A stretch of 64,000 bases of DNA from an uncultured Verrucomicrobiae bacterium (lineage in GTDB: Bacteria; Verrucomicrobiota; Verrucomicrobiia; Chthoniobacterales; Chthoniobacteraceae), in assembly GCA_963828525.1 (NCBI GenBank), contig CAWHEP010000003.1, forward strand, positions 50,751-114,750, read 5' to 3'. The translations under genes were made by a program, and so were the position numbers. Below are positions 48,434-57,487 of the stretch, in pieces; position 1 is the first letter of the stretch, and the number at the start of each line of letters is the position of its first letter. The notes beneath the pieces are model-generated. The model did no database searches, was not told the origin of the DNA, and saw only the letters and a program-made list of their open reading frames with translations.

Positions 48434-49936
48434 CTAAGCCGTGACTTCGGCACTGTCTCGCGCGCCGAAGACGAAAGGCAGCCATTGAGCGACGGAAGTG
48501 AGAGCCACGTACCAGAACCCAATCTCGAAGAGCATCAGGAAGGGGAGCGAGAAGTACTGCCGGTGTATCACCGCGGAGACCATGAAATAGGTGAAGTAAA
48601 TGGCAAACGCGAACTCCGCCACGGGAAGAATTGTTGCCAGGGGCAGGTAGCGAGAGGTTCTCCATGCGCGGGTAGACTTTCCCTCGATGCCGTATTTTGG
48701 AGTTCGTTTGAACTCTGATGGCCGATTGAAGACCGCTTCCAGGACTGCCTTGGCATTGTTAAGCGACAAGCCGATCCCCAAAGCAAGAAGGAAGGGCATC
48801 AAAAGTATCTCCTTAGCCCATGTCTTGGGATAGAGCTCCCGTTGGGCACATATATAGAAGACGCCTACCGAGAGGGAAGCGGCGAAGAACACGGGAATGT
48901 CGATGAGGATCGAGCGCCAGACCCCGTGACCAAGACCGCCGGTCACCGGGTGCAAAAGAACACAGAGAAAAGCGAGCAAGAGATAGGCAAAGTTCGAGGT
49001 CAGGTGGGCAGTAGCCTCGACTTTGATCCGGACAGGCAGGGTGCTGCGCCAGATGGCGGGCAACAACTTCTTGCAGGTCTGGACGGACCCCTTCGTCCAG
49101 CGATGTTGCTGAGATTTGAATCCGTTCATATCCACCGGAAGTTCCGCTGGGGTGACAAGATCTGACAAAAAGATAAATTTCCATCCCTTTAGCTGTGCCC
49201 GATAGCTAAGGTCGAGATCCTCTGTCAGGGTGTCATGCTGCCACCCACCCGAAGACTCTATACAAGCCCGGCGCCACAGCCCGGCAGTGCCATTGAAGTT
49301 GAAAAACCGCCCGCTGCGGCTCCGCGCCGTTTGTTCGAGCAACAGATGACCGTCCAGGAACATCGCCTGAACACGCGTGAAAAGAGAATACGTGCGATTA
49401 AGATGTCCCCAGCGAGTCTGAAGCATACCCACTCCTGGATCAGTGAAATAGTGGACTGTTTTCTTCAGCAGGTCTGTGGTTGGAACGAAGTCCGCGTCCA
49501 AGATCAGTATAAATTCACCTTCGCAAGACTGCAGTCCCGTTTCCAAAGCGCCCGCCTTGAAACCCGCGCGGTTGGACCGGTGGATAAGTTCCACCTTGAA
49601 GCCGCGCTCCTTAAGCTCCTTCACCCGCGCTTCCGATATGTCGCGCGTCTCGTCGGTTGAATCGTCGAGGACCTGTATCTGCAGCAACTCGCGGGGGTAA
49701 TCAAGAGCGCTGACTGCTTTCAGAAGGCGCTCCACCACATAAAACTCGTTGTAAATAGGCAGCTGCACTGTCACTTTCGGCAGCTCTTTGAACTCCCCGA
49801 TAGCCCTGGGAGCGTTTTTGCGATACTTGAGAAAAAGGTAAACGATTGCGTAGCGATGAAGGCCGTAGAGGCATAATCCGGAAAGCACCACAAGGTAACA
49901 AACTGCCCAAATTATGTGTCCTATGGTTCCGTGCAT
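48434..49936 (-). CDS. processive family-2 glycosyltransferase (CesA/CslA/MGlcDG-synthase-like)
   Basis: VLDDSTDET, ILDADF, TLTEDLDLSYR and KSQQHRWTKG (QxxRW), with TM helices at both ends. Confidence 0.8.
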   Translation of the reverse strand: MHGTIGHIIWAVCYLVVLSGLCLYGLHRYAIVYLFLKYRKNAPRAIGEFKELPKVTVQLPIYNEFYVVERLLKAVSALDYPRELLQIQVLDDSTDETRDISEARVKELKERGFKVELIHRSNRAGFKAGALETGLQSCEGEFILILDADFVPTTDLLKKTVHYFTDPGVGMLQTRWGHLNRTYSLFTRVQAMFLDGHLLLEQTARSRSGRFFNFNGTAGLWRRACIESSGGWQHDTLTEDLDLSYRAQLKGWKFIFLSDLVTPAELPVDMNGFKSQQHRWTKGSVQTCKKLLPAIWRSTLPVRIKVEATAHLTSNFAYLLLAFLCVLLHPVTGGLGHGVWRSILIDIPVFFAASLSVGVFYICAQRELYPKTWAKEILLMPFLLALGIGLSLNNAKAVLEAVFNRPSEFKRTPKYGIEGKSTRAWRTSRYLPLATILPVAEFAFAIYFTYFMVSAVIHRQYFSLPFLMLFEIGFWYVALTSVAQWLPFVFGARDSAEVTA

Positions 49937-50125
49937 ACTGATTTTAGTGAAATCTGAAAGGGTGAGGGCCTGATTTCGGCGGAATCATGCCCGTTTGTTT
50001 TACCTCGTCAAGATGAAAACTCGTCCCGCTGGCGCTCCCGCGAGGCGTTTCCTGGCGGCGCGCTCGCGCCAGCGGGCGGAGGTTTGATGCCCGCCGGGTA
50101 AGCGCGGCAACTTACAATAGCTCGA

Positions 50126-52579
50126 ATGCAAACTTCACCGAAATCCTTCACCAAGCGGCGATTCCAACCCCTGGATATCGCCTTCGCGATCCTGTTCGCA
50201 GGGTGGGTGCCCTCCATCTTGATGGCAGTGGTTTCATACAGCATTCTTACAAACACTCTTGAGTCCAAAATCGTCATTGACCGCCGCACGCTGGTTCAAA
50301 CGCTCTCGCGACTGATCGGCTATGACCTGGTGCGCACCGCGGAAGTGGTAGAGTATTATCAAAATCTGCCACTCGCCAAGCGCATGGTGTTGCGTCCGTA
50401 CGGTGATCCTGCTGCCCAGGAATGGCTTGCGGACGCTCTTTTCTCCCACCCGAGGATGGATGGTGTTTTCCTTACCGACGCGGGAGGCAGGCTGATATCC
50501 TCCGTGCCCCTCGACCCGAAGCAGATCGGGCAGGTCTATGCGACTGATCGTATGCGGGAGGGTGCCCGTAGCGGGAGGGATGCCTTCACCTCCGCGGTCG
50601 CTCCGCGCCCAATCGACCATAGGCTCGCCACCTTTATTCTCACGCCGATCTCAGCCAAATCCGGCGAAATCCTGGGATACATTGGGGCCACTGAACTTGT
50701 GGAGAGGATCGGACGACGCCTGGCAGCGTTCGACTTCGGCGAGCGATCGGTCGCTCAAGTCATAGACCAGGATGGTTTCCCGTTGTTCGACGCCAGCCTG
50801 GAGGCGAATACCCGCCTCGGGGTTGCCGGCGATGCAAGCCTTGTGCGAAAATTGAGATCACAGCCTGAGGGGCATTTCCAATTCGGCGAAATTCTATTCT
50901 CCTCCAGTCAAGTGGAAGGAACGCAGTGGACCGCGAGCCTCGCGCAGCCCATGGCGGTGGCGTACCGCCCTATTCACGATCTCATCTCCAAAACTGCCAT
51001 CCTTGCCGGGTGGCTCGTTGTGGGAACAAGCATTGCAGCATGGCTCGTGAGCGGCCTTTACCGAAAACAACTCGTTTCGGATGAACGCATTGCGATGGAG
51101 ACTCTGCTGAACGAAAAAATCCTGGCGAACATGCCGGTGGGAATCGCGGTGATAAACCCCGCTACCAGCGAAATCGCGCAGCACAATGAGAGCTGGTTGA
51201 GAATGATGCGCGAGTTCGGAGGCCTCGATAACACGCGCGGCGGCCAACAGATCCGCGTATCCGAGTTAAATCTGGGACTGGATGCTCTTTGTGCCGATGT
51301 CACAGGATCTGGGATCGCTTTTCATGTTCAGGAGAGAGAAGCCATGTCCCCTTCCGGTGAAGCGCGCTTTTTCACGTTGAACCTCATTCGCCTGCAGGAT
51401 GCTCATCAGAAGGCGCCGGGGATCCTCTTTCTCGTGGAAGATAAGACGCCGGATGTCTCGATGCGGCGTGAACTCATAGCGGCGAACACCTCCAAAGATC
51501 AATTTTTGGCGCTGCTCTCCCATGAACTGAGAAACCCTCTTTCCCCAGTCATTATGATGGTTGCCGAGCTTGAGCAGAGGACAGATGGGTCCCCTGAAGT
51601 TCAAAATGCGATTGACGTGATTCGCCGCAATGTTGAGCTGGAAGCCCATCTCATCGACGACCTTCTCGATGTCACCCGCATCACTCATAACAAAGTGGAA
51701 CTCCAGCGCGTCATTGTTGACGCGCACGAGACGATCAAGCGAGCGCTGGAGATTTGTCAAAACGACATAAACGAAAAGAGCTTGAGCATCGTTCTTGATT
51801 TGAGGGCGAAGCGGTATTTCCTCAACGCGGATCCGCAGCGCCTTCAGCAGGTCTTTTGGAATCTCATCAAGAATGGGGTGAAATTCACATCCGAAGGCGC
51901 GATCACGATTCGAAGCCGCAACGAGGGCGAAAATTTGGTTGTCGAGGTGTCTGACACAGGGATCGGTATTGACCCGGAGGCTATCGGACGCATTTTCAAG
52001 GCGTTCGAACAGGTGGAACGCTCCATTACGCGCACATTTGGGGGACTTGGGCTGGGACTCGCCATCTCCAAGGCGATGGTCGATGCCCATGGGGGCACGC
52101 TGGCGGCTGCAAGCGAGGGTAGAGGGAAAGGGGCGACGTTCACAATCGAGCTGGCTACCGTGGACGCCCCTCCGGCAACACCTCCAGCGGAAGCTGCCCA
52201 GCAGAAGAGCACTCGCGCGCGCGGTTCTCGGCGCATCCTTGTTGTCGATGACCATCTTGACACCTGCATGGGCATGAAGATGCTCCTGGAGCGCCGCGGA
52301 TACCACGTCGAGACGGCTCACACCGTGGCGGATGGCATCAAGCAAGCGCAAGGAGGCGGTTTCGACCTTCTCATAAGCGATCTGGGGCTGCCGGACGGAA
52401 CGGGCTATGACCTGATGGAGAAACTGCAATGTATCTCTCCTCTGCAGGGCCTCGCGCTGAGCGGATTCGGGACGGAGGATGACGTCGCGAAATCGAAGGC
52501 CGCGGGTTTCTCCGAGCATCTGATAAAGCCCATAAACATGGGCACTCTGGATGCGATTCTGACTCGCCTCTTTGGGTGA
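50126..52579 (+). CDS. hybrid sensor histidine kinase/response regulator (TM, Cache-like, TM, PAS-like, HisKA, HATPase, REC)
   Basis: H-box FLALLSHELRNPLSPV, ATP-lid sequences SDTGIGI and GGLGLGLAISK, and a REC domain from ILVVDDH... through LLISDLGLPDGTG to ...LIKP. Confidence 0.85.
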   Translation: MQTSPKSFTKRRFQPLDIAFAILFAGWVPSILMAVVSYSILTNTLESKIVIDRRTLVQTLSRLIGYDLVRTAEVVEYYQNLPLAKRMVLRPYGDPAAQEWLADALFSHPRMDGVFLTDAGGRLISSVPLDPKQIGQVYATDRMREGARSGRDAFTSAVAPRPIDHRLATFILTPISAKSGEILGYIGATELVERIGRRLAAFDFGERSVAQVIDQDGFPLFDASLEANTRLGVAGDASLVRKLRSQPEGHFQFGEILFSSSQVEGTQWTASLAQPMAVAYRPIHDLISKTAILAGWLVVGTSIAAWLVSGLYRKQLVSDERIAMETLLNEKILANMPVGIAVINPATSEIAQHNESWLRMMREFGGLDNTRGGQQIRVSELNLGLDALCADVTGSGIAFHVQEREAMSPSGEARFFTLNLIRLQDAHQKAPGILFLVEDKTPDVSMRRELIAANTSKDQFLALLSHELRNPLSPVIMMVAELEQRTDGSPEVQNAIDVIRRNVELEAHLIDDLLDVTRITHNKVELQRVIVDAHETIKRALEICQNDINEKSLSIVLDLRAKRYFLNADPQRLQQVFWNLIKNGVKFTSEGAITIRSRNEGENLVVEVSDTGIGIDPEAIGRIFKAFEQVERSITRTFGGLGLGLAISKAMVDAHGGTLAAASEGRGKGATFTIELATVDAPPATPPAEAAQQKSTRARGSRRILVVDDHLDTCMGMKMLLERRGYHVETAHTVADGIKQAQGGGFDLLISDLGLPDGTGYDLMEKLQCISPLQGLALSGFGTEDDVAKSKAAGFSEHLIKPINMGTLDAILTRLFG

Positions 52580-52595
52580 GGCAGATCCGGCGCGG

Positions 52596-53381
52596 ATGAA
52601 ATCCTATTTCAAACAGTGCTTCTTCGCGGTTCCGGGCGAAAACAGTCTGAAGCGCTCGTTGAGTTTCGGAATGGCTCTCATCTTTTTCGTGGCCCTCGCC
52701 GGCTCTTCGATCCACGCCCTGACAGATAGAACAGGCTGGCGCGCGGTGATGCGGTATCGCCTGCTGTTTTTCGACGGCTGGCTAGTGACCGTCGAGATAT
52801 CCTTCTGCGCCCTCGCGCTAAGCTGCATGCTGGGCATAACCCTCGCTACCCTGCGACGGGCCTCTTTCCTTCCGTTACACTACCTGGCGCTTATCTATGT
52901 TGAACTTGTGAGGGGCACGCCGCTGCTCGTGCAGATTCTCTGTCTCTACTACGGCACATTCCACCAGCTGGGCATCGATAACCGGTATGTTGGCGGGATT
53001 CTTGTCCTTTCCGGATTTAGCGGCGCGTATATCAGCGAAATCATACGCGCGGGACTCGACAGCGTTGGCCACTCACAACTGGAGTCGGCGCGCGCAATCG
53101 GCCTCTCTCGCGTCCAAACGTATCGGTATGTCATCGTCCCTCAGGCAATCAGACAGATGCTTCCAGCGCTCGCGGGTCAGTTTGCCGATCTCATAAAAAA
53201 CTCATCACTGCTTTCCATCATTGCCCTGAACGAACTCACACAGAACGCGCAGATTGTTGGGGAAAATACTTACAGTAAACTCGAGAGCTATATTCCTCTG
53301 GCGGCAGGATACCTCATCCTCACAGTGCCAATCTCCCTGTGGACGCAATTCCTCGAAAAGAAACACGGTTTTGAAACTTAG
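52596..53381 (+). CDS. polar amino acid ABC transporter permease (His/Glu/Gln/Arg family)
   Basis: EAA-like loop SARAIGLSRVQTYRYVIVPQA and about five TM segments. The start is uncertain: GTG 52572, ATG 52596 or ATG 52671. Confidence 0.8.
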   Translation: MKSYFKQCFFAVPGENSLKRSLSFGMALIFFVALAGSSIHALTDRTGWRAVMRYRLLFFDGWLVTVEISFCALALSCMLGITLATLRRASFLPLHYLALIYVELVRGTPLLVQILCLYYGTFHQLGIDNRYVGGILVLSGFSGAYISEIIRAGLDSVGHSQLESARAIGLSRVQTYRYVIVPQAIRQMLPALAGQFADLIKNSSLLSIIALNELTQNAQIVGENTYSKLESYIPLAAGYLILTVPISLWTQFLEKKHGFET

Positions 53382-54147
53382 GTTCAACCGCGTCTCCAAG
53401 CTCTTCGGCGACCAGAGCGCGCTGGATGACGTGACAGCCAGCTTCGAGGGAGCAAAAAGCGTTGTTTTGATCGGGCCATCTGGTGGAGGCAAATCCACGC
53501 TGCTTCGCATTGCGGGTGGGCTCGAGACTCCGACGGCGGGTTCTGTAGAGTTGAATGACCGGCCGGTTCCCATTGAGCGAAACGCGCTTCGAGACTATCG
53601 CCGGGGCATAGGGTTTGTCTTTCAAGCCTTCAACTTGTTCCCTCACCTTTCCGCGCTGCGCAATATCACTTTGCCGCTTGAAAAGGTCCATCGCTTCCCT
53701 CCCGCGGAAGCAAGAGAAATAGCGATGGCGGCCCTTCAGCGCTTTCGTCTGGAGGCGCACGCGCATAAACGGCCGGCCGAACTGTCAGGCGGGCAGAAGC
53801 AGAGGATCGCCATCGCTCGCGCCACGGCCATAAAACCAAAGGTCATGATGTTTGATGAACCGACTTCGGCGCTTGATCCGGAAATGACGTCGAGCGTTCT
53901 GGATATCATTCAGGAGCTGAAAAGCGAAGGCCGCGACTTCATACTCGTGACTCATGAAATGGGGTTCGCGAGAATGGCTGCCGATCAAGTCGTCTTCATC
54001 GCGGATGGCAAGGTGATCGAAGTTGGCGCGCCTGAGGAAATCTTCGCGGAGCCGAGGGCGCAACAGTGTCGCGACTTTCTGCAGCGCATCCTCAAGTACG
54101 AAGTTCCCGCTCAAGTCTGTTCCGCTTTGAAGAAACAAAAGCGCTGA
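53371..54147 (+). CDS. polar amino acid ABC transporter ATP-binding protein (GlnQ-like)
   Basis: GPSGGGKSTLL, LSGGQKQRIAIARA and MMFDEPTSALDPE. The TTG at 53371 overlaps the permease stop by 11 nt; the track ORF from 53254 is over-extended. Confidence 0.85.
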   Translation: MKLRFNRVSKLFGDQSALDDVTASFEGAKSVVLIGPSGGGKSTLLRIAGGLETPTAGSVELNDRPVPIERNALRDYRRGIGFVFQAFNLFPHLSALRNITLPLEKVHRFPPAEAREIAMAALQRFRLEAHAHKRPAELSGGQKQRIAIARATAIKPKVMMFDEPTSALDPEMTSSVLDIIQELKSEGRDFILVTHEMGFARMAADQVVFIADGKVIEVGAPEEIFAEPRAQQCRDFLQRILKYEVPAQVCSALKKQKR

Positions 54148-57088
54148 GCGCGGCTTTGAGCTTTTGCACTGCCACCGGTTTGGTGAGGTGCTCGGCAAAT
54201 CCAGCCTCCAGACTCCGGGCAATGTCTTTTTCCATGCCAAAACCGCTGATCGCAATTCCATGAATCGAGCTGGATCGACGAAGTTCACGCATGAGATCGA
54301 CGCCGCTGGCGTCCGGCAAGCCAAGGTCGCTGATAAGAAGATCAAAATCCTTCTGACCCGCTTTTTCCAAGGCCGCGCCCACTGAACTCACGGCTTCCAC
54401 TTCAAAGCCCCAACTCTTCAGGAGCCCGGTTAACGCATGGCGAGTATCGTCATGATCCTCGGCAAGAAGCACCTTTAGATTCGCGCAATGCTCGACGCCC
54501 GTTGGCTGGTTCTCCATGATGACCTGCTCCGCGCTGGGTGCCCGGCAGTTTGCGAGATCCAGCGTAAAGGTTGCCCCCTTGCCCGCGCCGGGACTGCGCG
54601 CGTTGATCGTTCCGCCATGCGCGGCAGCGAGGGCTTTGACAACTGCTAATCCGACTCCCAAGCCTCCGAACTCCCGCACCGTTGTTTCATCTCCCTGCTC
54701 GAACAAATTGAATATCTTTGGCAAGACTGCGGCGTCGATACCCATTCCACTGTCTTCGAATTCGATCCTTAGGAAGCCGTTCTCCTGATCTGAGGATCTT
54801 ATCTCCAAGCGTCCTCCCGGTGGCGTGAACTTTATGGAATTGCGCAGGAGGTTCCAAAAAATCTGTAGCAACCGGGAGGAGTCGGCGTCTGTTTCGGAAC
54901 GTTGAGCCGAGAGATCGAGAACCATTTGCTGTTGTTTGCTGACGGCGTCGGGCTGGCAAATTTCAATTGTATGCCTCAGCAGCGCGTGAACATTCACGCG
55001 CTCCATATTCAGAGAGAGCTTGCCTTTGCTAATCCGCGTCACATCGAGAAGATCATCGATGAGGCGGGCCTCCAACTCGACGTTTCGCTGAATCATCGTA
55101 AGCACCCTCGATACTTCCGCTGGCAGCGGAACGGTGGCCTTTAGGCTCTCAATCGAAGTCAACACGGGGCTGAGGGGGGTCCTTAATTCGTGACTCAGCA
55201 CCGCCAGAAATTGATCTTTGGCGCGGTTCGAAGACTCCGCGGCCTCTTTTGCCTTTTGAAGGTCGTGTGAGCGCGCCGTCATCGCCACAGCAAGCTCGCC
55301 TATATCTTCCGTCTGGCTTGCAAGCTCCCGTTGCAACATGTCCCGCACCCGTTTCGACGCTACCTGGTTTCGCACGCGAAGGCGGAGTTCCTCTATCGAG
55401 AAAGGCTTGGTGATGTAATCTTCCGCCCCTTTTCTAAGAAGATCCATCTTCAGCTCTTCGTCCGCTTTCGCGGTTAGAAGGATCACAGGGATCGGCTTCA
55501 GTTCCGGGCGAGCCTGTAGCCTGTCAAACAACTCCTCGCCGCCCATGCGGGGCATCATCACATCGGTCACAATAAGATCCGGGAGAAGCGAGATCGCTTT
55601 TTCCAGACCTTCCGCGCCATCCATCGCGGAAGCCGTCCTAAACATCTCTCCGATGCTTTCCGTGATGAAACGGTTCATATCTGGATTATCTTCGATGATG
55701 AGCACCAGCGGCTTGTCGTCTGCGCCGTCCGCCGGATTAGTGCTCTGCTCTTCACGGCTCACACCATCCCGCCGGGCGAGCTCCTTCGCGCCGTCAACGA
55801 TTGACTTCAAATCGTCGGAACTCTGGGAGTAGCCTCCCAACGCCTGGGCGTTCGGAGGTTCAGAGCTGACCTTGTACTGGGACGGAGCCCGCAGCGGCAG
55901 ATGCACCTTGAATGCCGCGCCTCCGCCAGGAGCATCCTCAACGGTGACAGAACCTTCATGCAACTCAGCAAATTCCTTCACGATGGAAAGGCCCAGGCCG
56001 GTGCCGCCAGTCCGCGAGACTGTTCCATCTCCTTGATTGAAGCGCTCGAAAATTGCCGCCCGCGCCGCAAGGGGAACTCCTGGCCCGCTGTCTTCAACGC
56101 AAAGACACGCCCTTTCAGCCGTACTCGCCAGCGCGCAATGGATTCTACCCTCCGGTCCTACGAACTTGAAGGCATTGGAGAGCAGGTTTAGCAGTATTCT
56201 TTGCACCTTGTCCGCGTCGACCTGCGCAATGAGCCTGTCTGGTGTTTCAACAGAAAATTCGATGCGGCGCTCTTGTATCGCGGATTCAAAATTGGCGGCC
56301 ATGATTCGCACAAGACGGCTGAGATCCACGCTGGAATAATCCATCTGCATCTTGCCTGCCTCCAGCTTGGAGACATCCAAAAGGTCGTTTACATGCTTGC
56401 GGAGGATCAGCGCATTGCGCCGGACCACCTCCAGTTCATGCCTGTCGCGAGAACCGACCTGCTGCGTCGACATCATTCGATCCACCGGGCCAAGGATGAG
56501 AGTCAGCGGCGTCCGCAGCTCATGACTGGCGTTTGCGAAGAAGGCGGTCTTCAGATGATCCAGTTGCTTGATCTTTTCATAAAGCGACGAGAGCTCGTCG
56601 TTTGCCACCACAAGCTGTTCTTCCCGCTCCGTGGATGTGCGCGCGGCATCGAGTAGCGCGAGAATCCTTGGAACAAGGGGCGGCAGCAGGATCGCGGTCG
56701 TTAGAGATGCAACCGCTGTAACGAGCTTCACCACTCCCGCGAGCCAGTAATGCGGACTCCAAACCGTCCACACCTCCATAAAATGAGTGCTGCCGCAGGC
56801 GATGATGAACAAGCCAAATGCCAGGACCATCGAATGGAAGGGGATGTGACGGCGGGCGGACGCCACCAGAAACGCCAGAGTCGAGGAGATCGCGAAGTAG
56901 GAAAGGCCGATCAACAAGTCTGATGTGACATGCAGCGCGATCAGTGGCTTGTTCCACATGTAACAGGTCGCATGCGGCATGAATGTGCCGTCTCCGCCCT
57001 TTGAGACCTCCGCCAACCCGATAGTAAGAAGCCCTACCGCCACGGCGGTCCCAAGGAGCGCGCTGTAGAGGCGGGGGGTGCCTTTCAT
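54092..57088 (-). CDS. double hybrid histidine kinase with an N-terminal ETR1-like ethylene-binding domain (EBD, HisKA, HATPase, REC, HisKA, HATPase, REC)
   Basis: About 998 aa. Start is ATG 57088, or TTG 57091 as in the track. Two H-boxes (FFANASHELRTPL; FLAVLSHELRTPLSPV) and two REC domains (LIVTDVMMP; LLISDLGLPDASG). See findings for the EBD alignment. Confidence 0.85.
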   Translation of the reverse strand: MKGTPRLYSALLGTAVAVGLLTIGLAEVSKGGDGTFMPHATCYMWNKPLIALHVTSDLLIGLSYFAISSTLAFLVASARRHIPFHSMVLAFGLFIIACGSTHFMEVWTVWSPHYWLAGVVKLVTAVASLTTAILLPPLVPRILALLDAARTSTEREEQLVVANDELSSLYEKIKQLDHLKTAFFANASHELRTPLTLILGPVDRMMSTQQVGSRDRHELEVVRRNALILRKHVNDLLDVSKLEAGKMQMDYSSVDLSRLVRIMAANFESAIQERRIEFSVETPDRLIAQVDADKVQRILLNLLSNAFKFVGPEGRIHCALASTAERACLCVEDSGPGVPLAARAAIFERFNQGDGTVSRTGGTGLGLSIVKEFAELHEGSVTVEDAPGGGAAFKVHLPLRAPSQYKVSSEPPNAQALGGYSQSSDDLKSIVDGAKELARRDGVSREEQSTNPADGADDKPLVLIIEDNPDMNRFITESIGEMFRTASAMDGAEGLEKAISLLPDLIVTDVMMPRMGGEELFDRLQARPELKPIPVILLTAKADEELKMDLLRKGAEDYITKPFSIEELRLRVRNQVASKRVRDMLQRELASQTEDIGELAVAMTARSHDLQKAKEAAESSNRAKDQFLAVLSHELRTPLSPVLTSIESLKATVPLPAEVSRVLTMIQRNVELEARLIDDLLDVTRISKGKLSLNMERVNVHALLRHTIEICQPDAVSKQQQMVLDLSAQRSETDADSSRLLQIFWNLLRNSIKFTPPGGRLEIRSSDQENGFLRIEFEDSGMGIDAAVLPKIFNLFEQGDETTVREFGGLGVGLAVVKALAAAHGGTINARSPGAGKGATFTLDLANCRAPSAEQVIMENQPTGVEHCANLKVLLAEDHDDTRHALTGLLKSWGFEVEAVSSVGAALEKAGQKDFDLLISDLGLPDASGVDLMRELRRSSSIHGIAISGFGMEKDIARSLEAGFAEHLTKPVAVQKLKAALSAFVSSKRNRLERELRT
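56654..56980 (-). other. ethylene-binding-domain-like three-helix membrane module (residues about 38-146 of the kinase)
   Basis: FGLFIIACGSTHFMEVWT aligns with ETR1 FGAFIVLCGATHLINLWT. The Cys codon is at 56795-56797 and the His codon at 56783-56785. Confidence 0.7.
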
Positions 57089-57168
57089 CAATGGACGATG
57101 CTATTTGTTCAGACGCCGACCGTCAAAGCTGAACAGACCTCGATCACGCCGTGAATGAAAATGGCCGC

Positions 57169-57366
57169 TTACTGGCCGGGCGACTCGCGAATACCTTTTC
57201 TCAGCCATTCGGGAAGCCCTTCTCCCGCTGCTTCCTCCGCGGGAATGATCTTATCCGCAATGGGAGCAGCCTTTTTCACAGATTGCTGGTCTTCGGAGGA
57301 GCGGATCAGCCCGCGTTCCCTTGCTTCCGCGATGATCTGACGGGCTTCGTTGATGTCGAAAGGCAT
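57169..57366 (-). CDS. small hypothetical protein (65 aa) immediately upstream of the EBD kinase
   Basis: ATG-started ORF on the same strand as the kinase, with GC-rich third positions. No recognisable family and no clear SD. It competes with two plus-strand ORFs of similar size. Confidence 0.35.
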   Translation of the reverse strand: MPFDINEARQIIAEARERGLIRSSEDQQSVKKAAPIADKIIPAEEAAGEGLPEWLRKGIRESPGQ

Positions 57367-57487
57367 ATATTTAAGTGTGCAGAAGAAACAAACCGTGAAA
57401 ACGAACCCAGAAAACGCCCCCTGAAGAAGGGAAAGCGGACTTCTGTATATACGGCGGTCTCTCTTTAGTTCAAGCGAAAAAACAAAG

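Noticed and set aside
51266-52519. 417-aa minus-strand ORF inside the Cache/PAS hybrid kinase
   Set aside because: It is antisense to the HisKA/HATPase/REC coding region, whose motifs are unambiguous on the plus strand. It is a shadow ORF.
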